A stretch of 55,329 bases of DNA from assembly GCA_016874655.1 (NCBI GenBank), contig VGTO01000002.1:1-55329 (forward strand). The letters are read 5' to 3'. Both the position numbers and the translations under genes were made by a program. The notes under the pieces were generated by a model. That model worked only from the letters and a program-made list of their open reading frames with translations, searched no databases and was not told the DNA's origin. Source of the stretch: Bacillota bacterium (GTDB lineage: Bacteria > Bacillota > Dethiobacteria > DTU022). Numbering within the stretch: the first letter of the stretch is position 1; every line of letters starts with the position of its first letter. Below are positions 28,859 through 36,109 of the stretch, piece by piece.

Positions 28859-28888
28859 AAAAAAACGCGAGGCTGCAGAGTGCAGTCT
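28859..28888 (-). terminator. Intrinsic terminator after the radical-SAM/PDZ gene
   Basis: Minus strand: AGACTGCA-CTC-TGCAGCCT then CGCGTTTTTTT, immediately after the TAA stop. Confidence 0.6.
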
Positions 28889-30235
28889 TTACTGAATTAG
28901 TTTTAACGGCAGCCCACCTTCGGCCAAAGCGAGATAATGTTGCCCGGTGAGGTCGAAGCCACCCCGGTCAAACGAGATCCCCGGCACCAGGATACAATTA
29001 TAGCCCTGAATATTGGCCACCCCGGCCAGGGCCGCCCGGTAATCATTAACGGTCAACAAACCTGCACAGTTGATCGTTCCACCGAACCAGGTAGAGGGCA
29101 CCGTTAGTAGATCAAGTTTATTAATGGCCCCCACCCGCAAAGAAACCTGCCAGCGAACTAGGGCGGGGGCCGATAACAGCATCAGGTTTTTGCCAGCGGG
29201 ATTAATGCTCGTTTTAACCCGGTCAACCTGATCCGGGTCTAAGTCGTACGAAACTGCAATTCCCGGGCTGGTTTGGGCTGCTTTAGTCATTTTAAAATCG
29301 GAATATTGTCCTGCGCGCCAAATTATTAAAGCAGGATCACTGCTTTCGGTTAGCAACCTAAATGCTTCAACCCTGCTGAAAGGCTGCGTGCCATTAATCT
29401 TAAAAATCAAGTCTCCATTGCGCAGACCGGCCTTATCCGCCGGGCTGTCTTTGAACACTCCGGCTAGCACAGGATTTAAATCGTTGATCAGAGGCGGCTC
29501 AAGCAGCAGCGGAGCAGAAAGCTGATGCTGCAGCTCATAAACCAAATGGTAAAGCCGGCTGATCTGGTCTTCACCGGGAATTAGCTCGGGATCGGTCAGC
29601 CTCGTAAAGCCGGGCAGCAGCAGACGAACCGATTTAGCACCGCTCTGATCCAGGAATATTTGGGTCTGCTTTAGATCCTCAAATCCCACTAAGTGGGGCA
29701 TGGCTACTACACTGCCCTGAAAATTGATTTTTCTCACTGCGAGCAACTCGATCAGTTGCCGGATCTGACCGGGGTTGGGATCGCCCATCAATATCCTTCT
29801 GCCTTTGGAGGATATACTGTTAAGGGAAATGATCAGTTCAAGCGGCTGTAGCATTGAAAACTCTTCGATGATCTGAGGGGTAAGCAGGGATCCGTTCGTA
29901 GTAACCTGAATCATAGTCTCAGGGAAAAGGGCCCGCAGAGCTTTTAACAAATCCATGAACCGGGGATGAGTCAGTGGCTCACCCTCGCGCAGGCGGGTAG
30001 CCGACTCGCCAATAATTATTTTCTGCTGCGAATCGAGGTAGGCAGAAAGCTCACCTAAGAGTATTAGAGAGAGCGGACCAAAGCTATAAGCGTTTGTGCC
30101 TGGAGGGTTAAAGCGGTGGCTGCAAAAGCAGCAGGATAAATTACAGCGGCCGGTGAGCGGTAAAACGTTGTGATCGCGCACCGCTTCAACCAACAGCCGC
30201 TGTAGTAGTTCAGAGCCTTCTTTTAACTCTGTCAA
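28889..30235 (-). CDS. Radical-SAM-like Fe-S protein with PDZ and DUF512-type C-terminal domains
   Basis: CNLSCCFC (CX3CX2C) near the N-terminus, a PDZ-like segment (VFKDSPADKAGLRNGDLIFKINGT), and a C-terminal region resembling DUF512 (GGTINCAGLLT). Confidence 0.7.
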   Translation of the reverse strand: MTELKEGSELLQRLLVEAVRDHNVLPLTGRCNLSCCFCSHRFNPPGTNAYSFGPLSLILLGELSAYLDSQQKIIIGESATRLREGEPLTHPRFMDLLKALRALFPETMIQVTTNGSLLTPQIIEEFSMLQPLELIISLNSISSKGRRILMGDPNPGQIRQLIELLAVRKINFQGSVVAMPHLVGFEDLKQTQIFLDQSGAKSVRLLLPGFTRLTDPELIPGEDQISRLYHLVYELQHQLSAPLLLEPPLINDLNPVLAGVFKDSPADKAGLRNGDLIFKINGTQPFSRVEAFRLLTESSDPALIIWRAGQYSDFKMTKAAQTSPGIAVSYDLDPDQVDRVKTSINPAGKNLMLLSAPALVRWQVSLRVGAINKLDLLTVPSTWFGGTINCAGLLTVNDYRAALAGVANIQGYNCILVPGISFDRGGFDLTGQHYLALAEGGLPLKLIQ

Positions 30236-30249
30236 ACTGTTCCCTCCGT

Positions 30250-32727
30250 TTAGCGGACCACAATATTAACCAATCGGCCGGGAACAGCAATAACCTTGAT
30301 TATCATTTTGCCTGCTAACAGCTCGCCAACCCTTTCACTGCTCTTGGCAAATTGAGCGAGTTCTTCTTCAGTACATTCAGCGGGAACAGTCACCCGACCA
30401 CGCACCTTGCCATTAATCTGGACTACTATTTCCACTTCATCCAATATTAGTTTTTGCGGATCAAACTCCGGCCAGGTCTGCCTGTGGACTGATCCCTTTT
30501 GCTCCAGCAGATGCCAGGATTCCTCGGCCAGATGCGGCGCGAAAGGAGCTATCAGCAGGATGATTTTTTGCAGGGCATCCTTTAAGTGAGATTGGTTTTG
30601 CTCTTCCTTGGCCGCTACCTGGCGGTACGCGTAAGCAGCGTTAACCAGCTCCATGATCGCGCTGATCGCCGTATTGAAATTATAACGTTCCTGGATATCT
30701 AAGGTAACCTTTTTTATTGCCGCATGAACACTGCGCTCCAGGGTTTCTTCATTTGTGCTGTAGATAGAACCGCCCTGGCCGGTTGCAAACTGCTCGCGGC
30801 AATCAATGACCAGACGCCAGATTCGCCTTAAGAAACGATGGCAGCCTTCCACTCCCTGATCGCTCCAGTCCAAATCTTTTTCAGGCGGGGCAGCGAAGAG
30901 GATAAAAAGCCTGCCGGTATCGGCACCGTATTTTTCAACAATTTCATCGGGAGTGACTACGTTACCCTTGGATTTAGACATCTTGGCTCCATCCTTGTAA
31001 ACCATTCCCTGCGCCAGCAGACGGCTGAAAGGCTCATCAGCTTTGCTCAAACCGGCATCATAAAGAACCTTGGTGAAAAAGCGGGCATAAAGCAAGTGTA
31101 ATACCGCATGCTCAATGCCCCCGATATACTGATCAACGGGCATCCAGTAATCAACCGCTTCTTTTTCAAAAGGAGCATCCTGACACTGAGGGCTGGTATA
31201 GCGCATAAAGTACCAGGAAGAACAGATGAAAGTATCCATGGTATCGGTTTCCCGGTGAGCTTCCCTGCCACAGGTGGGACATTTAACCCGGGTAAAGCTC
31301 TCATAGTGGGCCAGGCCGGAAACCCGGTTGCCGGAAAGCTCGACTTCAAGAGGCAGTTCAACCGGTAAATCCTCTTCAGGCACGGGGACAATACCGCAGC
31401 CGTCACAGTAAATGATCGGGATCGGCGCACCCCAGTAACGCTGGCGCGAAATAAGCCAGTCACGCAGCCGGTAGGTGACCTGAAAGCGGCCCTGACCCTG
31501 CTGCTCTAAGTAGGCGGTCACTTTTTCCATCCCCGCATGATTGGGCAGGTCATTAAACTCACCGGAATTAACCATTTCCCCGGCACCGGTGTAGGCTTCA
31601 TTCATCGTATCACCGTTTAACACTTCACCTGCAGGCTGAATAACCACTTTAACCGGCAGGTTATACTTGCGCGCAAAATCAAAATCTCTCTGGTCGTGGG
31701 CCGGCACACCCATAACTGCTCCTGTTCCATAGGCCATCAAGACATAATTACCAATTAGGATTGGCACCTCTTCACCGTTTACCGGATTAATCACGTGGCG
31801 TCCGGTAAAAAGGCCGATTTTCGGAGCCTCGTCGGCGGTACGCTCAATTTCGCTGACGCGGCGCATCTGAGAGACAAAATCCAGCACCTCTTTTTCCTGT
31901 TCTGTGCCTTCAACCAGTTTTTTGACCAGGGGATGCTCGGGAGCCAGCACCATTGATGTAACCCCGAAAAGAGTATCCGGGCGGGTAGTGAAGGTGCGAA
32001 TCTCCTCACCGGGGAATTCTTTAAGCTGGAAAACTATTTCTGCCCCTTCGCTGCGCCCGATCCAATTATGCTGCATTACCTTTACCCGTTCCGGCCAGTC
32101 TTCCAGCTTGTTCAAATCGTTTAAGAGGCGCTCGGCATATTCAGTGATCCGCAAAAACCACTGCTCTAAGTCTCTCGTTTCAACGACCGATGAACAGCGC
32201 CAGCAGAGGCCCTTTTCAACTTGTTCATTGGCCAGAACTGTATTACAACTTTCACACCAGTTAACGCTGGCTTTCTTTTTATAGGCCAGCCCTCTCTTGT
32301 ACATCATCAAAAACAGCCATTGCGACCAGCGATAGTAATCCGGGGCCGAGGTATTAACCTCTCTGCGCCAGTCATAACTGACGCCAAGTCGGTTCTGTTG
32401 CTTTTTCATGTGTTTAATATTTTCAACTGTCCAGATAGCCGGGTTAACCCGGTGCTCAATGGCGGCATTTTCAGCCGGCAGGCCAAAAGCATCCCAACCC
32501 ATCGGATGGATTACATTGTAGCCGCGCATTCTTAAAAAACGGGCCAAAACGTCTCCGATTGAGTAGACCCGCATGTGACCCATATGCAATTTGCCGGAGG
32601 GATAGGGAAACATCTCCAGCACATAATATTTTGTTTGCTGATGATCAATTTCCGAGCGGTAAAAATCTTCTTTTTCCCACTGTAGTTGCCAGCGTTCTTC
32701 AATTTCTGCCGGGTTGTAGTTAACCAA
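30250..32727 (-). CDS. leuS: Leucyl-tRNA synthetase
   Basis: HMGH (HIGH motif), KMSKS, and a CP1 editing domain. I prefer the TTG start at 32727 (M-VNYNPAEIEERWQ, GGAGG 10 nt upstream). The tracked start at 32784 and the ATG at 32754 both overlap the T-box terminator and its U-tract. Confidence 0.9.
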   Translation of the reverse strand: MVNYNPAEIEERWQLQWEKEDFYRSEIDHQQTKYYVLEMFPYPSGKLHMGHMRVYSIGDVLARFLRMRGYNVIHPMGWDAFGLPAENAAIEHRVNPAIWTVENIKHMKKQQNRLGVSYDWRREVNTSAPDYYRWSQWLFLMMYKRGLAYKKKASVNWCESCNTVLANEQVEKGLCWRCSSVVETRDLEQWFLRITEYAERLLNDLNKLEDWPERVKVMQHNWIGRSEGAEIVFQLKEFPGEEIRTFTTRPDTLFGVTSMVLAPEHPLVKKLVEGTEQEKEVLDFVSQMRRVSEIERTADEAPKIGLFTGRHVINPVNGEEVPILIGNYVLMAYGTGAVMGVPAHDQRDFDFARKYNLPVKVVIQPAGEVLNGDTMNEAYTGAGEMVNSGEFNDLPNHAGMEKVTAYLEQQGQGRFQVTYRLRDWLISRQRYWGAPIPIIYCDGCGIVPVPEEDLPVELPLEVELSGNRVSGLAHYESFTRVKCPTCGREAHRETDTMDTFICSSWYFMRYTSPQCQDAPFEKEAVDYWMPVDQYIGGIEHAVLHLLYARFFTKVLYDAGLSKADEPFSRLLAQGMVYKDGAKMSKSKGNVVTPDEIVEKYGADTGRLFILFAAPPEKDLDWSDQGVEGCHRFLRRIWRLVIDCREQFATGQGGSIYSTNEETLERSVHAAIKKVTLDIQERYNFNTAISAIMELVNAAYAYRQVAAKEEQNQSHLKDALQKIILLIAPFAPHLAEESWHLLEQKGSVHRQTWPEFDPQKLILDEVEIVVQINGKVRGRVTVPAECTEEELAQFAKSSERVGELLAGKMIIKVIAVPGRLVNIVVR

Positions 32728-32756
32728 ATTATTTAGGCCTCCATCCTGAAGCATAA

Positions 32757-33088
32757 AAAGAAAATAAAAAATCCGCCCGGTCAAGGGACGGATTTATACC
32801 CGCGGTACCACCCTTATTGGTCACACTTATGGTGGAGCTGGCGGGAGTCGAACCCGCGACCTCTTCCATGCCAAGGAAGCGCGCTCCCACTGCGCCACAG
32901 CCCCCCGATCAGTTGCCCTCTTTCAACCGTTAACGCCGGTTCTACGACAGCGGCTATTCTTTTCACCGCCGTTTCTCCGGGATGAGTTCAGCAGTTCTGC
33001 CTGCCGGTTTTCACCACTCCCCGGCTCTCTGAAAAACATACCTGCCTACTGCTTCCCATCATTAAAAACCTTTTGGCACCCCGAGTAC
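32757..33088 (-). promoter_or_regulatory. T-box riboswitch leader of leuS (specifier CUC = Leu), interrupted by a tRNA gene
   Basis: Minus strand Stem I: GAUGGGAAGCAGUAGG, AGAGAG, distal loop AGUGGUGAAAA, and specifier GAA-CUC-A (CUC at 32986-32984). T-box sequence AAGGGUGGUACCGCGG lies at 32818-32801. The antiterminator has helices AGGG/CCCU and GCGG/CCGU around the bulge UGGUACC. The terminator is AAAUCCGUCC-N7-GGGCGGAUUU plus a U-tract (32795-32757). Confidence 0.8.
32830..32904 (-). tRNA. tRNA-Ala (anticodon GGC), CCA encoded
   Basis: Minus strand: GGGGCTG TG GCGC AGTGGGA GCGC G CTTCC TTGGCAT GGAAG AGGTC GCGGG TTCGACT CCCGC CAGCTCC A CCA. All four stems pair, with the G3:U70 alanine identity pair, A73 and a canonical T-loop. 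Confidence 0.9.
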
Positions 33089-33095
33089 ACCTAAC

Positions 33096-33124
33096 ATTAT
33101 ATGCAGGGTCAAATACCTTGTCAA
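33096..33124 (-). promoter_or_regulatory. Consensus sigmaA promoter of the T-box/tRNA/leuS transcription unit
   Basis: Minus strand: TTGACA (33124-33119), 17 nt, TATAAT (33101-33096). Confidence 0.65.
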
Positions 33125-33147
33125 TAGCATTAATGACTTTCGCCGAT

Positions 33148-34044
33148 TCAGGAGGTCACTTCAACCTGATATGATTCGGCACTTTGCATGTCGATGATTA
33201 ACAGTTTATTGCCGGCAAGAACGCCTTCAAGACCAGCCAGGATCTTTACCGCCTCACATGCCTGCCAGGATGCCAGCATGGCCGGAGTTGCAGCTGGATT
33301 GCCCAGCTGAACCTCAACCCCTTTGGTTATTCCGCTCTCAGATAGAGGCCCATAGATGGCTTCCAATAAAGGCTGGTCAGGGCGGATTACCGCAACCTGG
33401 CCTAAAAAACCGGCGATCGCACCATGAATTAAAATTAACCCCAGCTGACCACACACTTTTTCCAGGGCAAAACGGGAAGGCAGGTTATCAAGGCAGTCAA
33501 TAACCAGGTCACAGCCCTGCAGCAGCGCGGGTAGATTAGCGGCATCGCCAATCAGATGGTGAGCCTCAACTTCTGTTGCTGAATTGACAGCAGCAATCCG
33601 ACCGGCAGCAGTCTCGGCCTTTGAACAACCCAGTGTTGCTTCGCTGGAGAATAGTTGCCGGTTTAAATTGCTGTCTGTAAAGCTGTCGCCATCTACGACT
33701 ACCAGCTTACCAATGCCCATGCGGGCCAGCAGTTCGAGGACAAAGCCGCCAAGTCCCCCGGCTCCGACCACGCCGACAGCGCTCTTTAGTAACTTGCCTT
33801 GGCCTTCAAGGCCAAGAGTGCCAATACTGCGTTGGTAACGATCGGGAATGATCCCCTGATTAAGAGCAGCAAGCTCAATCTCGCGATGGGTCATGTTGTG
33901 TTCTTCAGCAAGCTGACTGGTCCAGGTCAGGGTCAGGTAGCGGTAATCATTGCCGGCAGGGTCTTTCCCGGTAACTGCCGCCTCTTCTAATTCGCTGGTT
34001 AATAATCTCAGTTCGCTCATCGTCTTACCTCTTTTATCAAACAT
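33148..34044 (-). CDS. ThiF/MoeB/HesA-family E1-like adenylyltransferase with N-terminal extension
   Basis: RYQRSIGTLGLEGQGKL plus VGAGGLGG (nucleotide-binding loop) and DGDSFTDSNLNRQ. The ATG overlaps the rsfS TAA (TAATG). The start may instead be the internal MSELRLL. Confidence 0.75.
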   Translation of the reverse strand: MFDKRGKTMSELRLLTSELEEAAVTGKDPAGNDYRYLTLTWTSQLAEEHNMTHREIELAALNQGIIPDRYQRSIGTLGLEGQGKLLKSAVGVVGAGGLGGFVLELLARMGIGKLVVVDGDSFTDSNLNRQLFSSEATLGCSKAETAAGRIAAVNSATEVEAHHLIGDAANLPALLQGCDLVIDCLDNLPSRFALEKVCGQLGLILIHGAIAGFLGQVAVIRPDQPLLEAIYGPLSESGITKGVEVQLGNPAATPAMLASWQACEAVKILAGLEGVLAGNKLLIIDMQSAESYQVEVTS

Positions 34045-34436
34045 TACTTGGTTGAAAGCGGCAGGCCTTCGCCACCCCCGTCAAGAAAAAGCTGCGGCGC
34101 TTCATACCACAGCCGTTCAAGATCATAGAAAGCCCTTGCCTCAGGCTGAAATACGTGAATCACCAGAAAACCGTAATCCAATACAACCCACCAGGCCTCT
34201 TTTAGCCCCTCAACTCTCTGGGGGTAAAAATCTTGTTGCTTTAAGCTTTCAAGCAGGTGATCACAAATCGCTTTAACCTGGATTGCTGTATTGCCGGTAC
34301 AGATCAGAAAGTAATCGGCAATAATCGATACCCTGCCCACTTCCATCAATTTCAACTCATGCCCCTTTTTTTCTGAAGCCAGTTGCGCGGCATTAAGAGC
34401 CAGCTCTCTTGAGCCGGTGGCCGGTTCCTGTGCCAA
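34044..34436 (-). CDS. rsfS: Ribosome silencing factor RsfS (iojap)
   Basis: DYFLICTGNTAIQVKAICDHL...WVVLDYGFLVIHVFQPEARAFYDLERLW. Confidence 0.85.
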   Translation of the reverse strand: MAQEPATGSRELALNAAQLASEKKGHELKLMEVGRVSIIADYFLICTGNTAIQVKAICDHLLESLKQQDFYPQRVEGLKEAWWVVLDYGFLVIHVFQPEARAFYDLERLWYEAPQLFLDGGGEGLPLSTK

Positions 34437-34473
34437 ATAAAACCACCTCCGTTATCTTAATCTGGTAGGTTAA

Positions 34474-35043
34474 TCACTTTTTCATTTGATCAAGAAGACT
34501 GTTGCGAAAAGCAACTGACCGTGGGTGAAGCTTGAGTCCCCTGGCCACTACAGAACAGATCGTCTTATCCACTGCGGCCAGCAAAGCCTGCTCCAGATCG
34601 ATCGCAGCGAGTTCACGGATTTTATCAACACCATCAAACGTGCGACCGGGCTCAATGCAATCCGCCAGATAAAGCACCCTAGCCAACAAAGTCATCCCAC
34701 TAGAACCGGTTGTATGGAAGGAAACCGCATTGAGCAACTCACGGTTATTAATCTTTAGCTCTTCGGTTAGTAAGGCCGCTCCCACCGGGGCATGCAACAG
34801 TTTTGCTTCACCCATGGTTATTCTGTCCAGCTTTAGATTATAACTTTCAGCGACCTCCAGCAGCTGCCGCCTCTTTAAACGTTTACCGTAATCGTGCACT
34901 AACCCAGCTAGGTAAGCCTTTTCACGCTTTGATCCATAACGTACTGCCAACTCTGCTGCCGTTTCTGCCGTTGCGAGACTGTGCTCGTAAAGTTCTGCAT
35001 CTAATCGTTTTCGCATTAACTCCCGGTACTGTTCTGCTGTCAT
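34474..35043 (-). CDS. yqeK: HD-domain bis(5'-nucleosyl)-tetraphosphatase YqeK
   Basis: HSLATAETAAELA and GLVHDYGK (HD motif), in the conserved position next to nadD/rsfS. Confidence 0.85.
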   Translation of the reverse strand: MTAEQYRELMRKRLDAELYEHSLATAETAAELAVRYGSKREKAYLAGLVHDYGKRLKRRQLLEVAESYNLKLDRITMGEAKLLHAPVGAALLTEELKINNRELLNAVSFHTTGSSGMTLLARVLYLADCIEPGRTFDGVDKIRELAAIDLEQALLAAVDKTICSVVARGLKLHPRSVAFRNSLLDQMKK

Positions 35044-35130
35044 CTGCCAACCTCGTTAACCAAAACTAACTTTCTTTTAAAGCAGATCATCAATACATTC
35101 ACAGGCTTCACAAACCGAAAGTGCCAGGCG

Positions 35131-35382
35131 CTATTGCTCGCGGGGTTTAGCTTCGTTAACAACAATTTTTCGCCCTTCCAGTTCCTCACCGTTAGCCTTT
35201 TCGACGATTTCTGCAGCCTGTTCATCGTTTACTTCGACGAAACCATAACCGCGCGAACGCCCGGTTGAACGCTCGGTAATAATCCGGCATTCTTCAATTT
35301 CGCCAAACTGGCTGAAAAATTGTAGCAGATCTTCCTCCTTAGTGCTCCAGGGAATATTCCCCACATATAAAGTTTTTGCCAT
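35131..35382 (-). CDS. RRM-type (RNP-1/RNP-2) RNA-binding protein
   Basis: RNP-2 LYVGNI and RNP-1 RGYGFVEV. 83 aa, single RRM. Confidence 0.85.
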   Translation of the reverse strand: MAKTLYVGNIPWSTKEEDLLQFFSQFGEIEECRIITERSTGRSRGYGFVEVNDEQAAEIVEKANGEELEGRKIVVNEAKPREQ

Positions 35383-35437
35383 TTAGTTTCCACCTCCGGA
35401 TAGTATAAACCCTGCTGCCAGGGTGACAAGCCCTCTT

Positions 35438-36085
35438 TTAATTCTGAATCCTGTAAAGCTCCATTTTTTTGATATATTGTTCAACCGGCTCGGGAGTTAA
35501 GTACTTGATGGTTTTGCCAAGCGCAACCCGATCACGGATATGGGTAGAAGAAACAGCAAGCGCCGGAATTTCAAGCAGGTGCACTTTCTGTTTCATTTGA
35601 GGACAATTCCGTTCAAGGGTTTCATGGAAATGATCCAGAGAATAACCCGGTCTGGTTACAGCAATAAAAGTGCTCAGGCGCAACAGCTCCTCATAATCTT
35701 TCCAGGTAAATATCTCTAATATGGCATCGGCTCCGGTTATAAAAAAGATATTAGGTTCCGGGCTCTGATCTTTCGCAAAATGCCTGACTGTATCAATTGT
35801 GTAAGTGGGTTCATGCTGATCTATCTCAAACCGCGACACAATAAAGGCGGGGTTGGACATAACGGCCAGGGTGGTCATCAGATAGCGGTGCTCAGGATGT
35901 GAAATTGTTTCGTGATCTTTATGCGGGGGAATTCCGGCGGGTACAAAAATTACACTGTTAAGATCAAATTGCTGCCTCGCTTCTTCAGCGGTCACCAAGT
36001 GGCCCACATGTATCGGGTCAAAAGTACCGCCCATCAAGCCGATATTGGGGCTGCCATTTCTGTGGCCGGGCAAATGAGAAACCAA
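35438..36085 (-). CDS. nadD: Nicotinate-nucleotide adenylyltransferase
   Basis: GLMGGTFDPIHVGHL, plus the ISST-type motif variant AVSSTHIR. Confidence 0.9.
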   Translation of the reverse strand: MVSHLPGHRNGSPNIGLMGGTFDPIHVGHLVTAEEARQQFDLNSVIFVPAGIPPHKDHETISHPEHRYLMTTLAVMSNPAFIVSRFEIDQHEPTYTIDTVRHFAKDQSPEPNIFFITGADAILEIFTWKDYEELLRLSTFIAVTRPGYSLDHFHETLERNCPQMKQKVHLLEIPALAVSSTHIRDRVALGKTIKYLTPEPVEQYIKKMELYRIQN

Positions 36086-36109
36086 GGGATCCCTTACTCC
36101 TTCAGATAA

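Noticed and set aside
32728-32784. The longer leuS ORF start (32784) and the ATG at 32754.
   Set aside because: Both overlap the T-box terminator stem or U-tract and lack an RBS. The TTG at 32727 gives the conserved M-VNYNPAEIE N-terminus with GGAGG upstream.
32830-32904. The TGGTGGAGC...GTCGAACCC signature first suggested the 3' end of tmRNA (ssrA).
   Set aside because: The 75 nt form a complete cloverleaf with D arm and anticodon arm (GGC). There is no tag-peptide ORF or pseudoknot region upstream, and the upstream sequence is T-box Stem I/II. I therefore call it tRNA-Ala.
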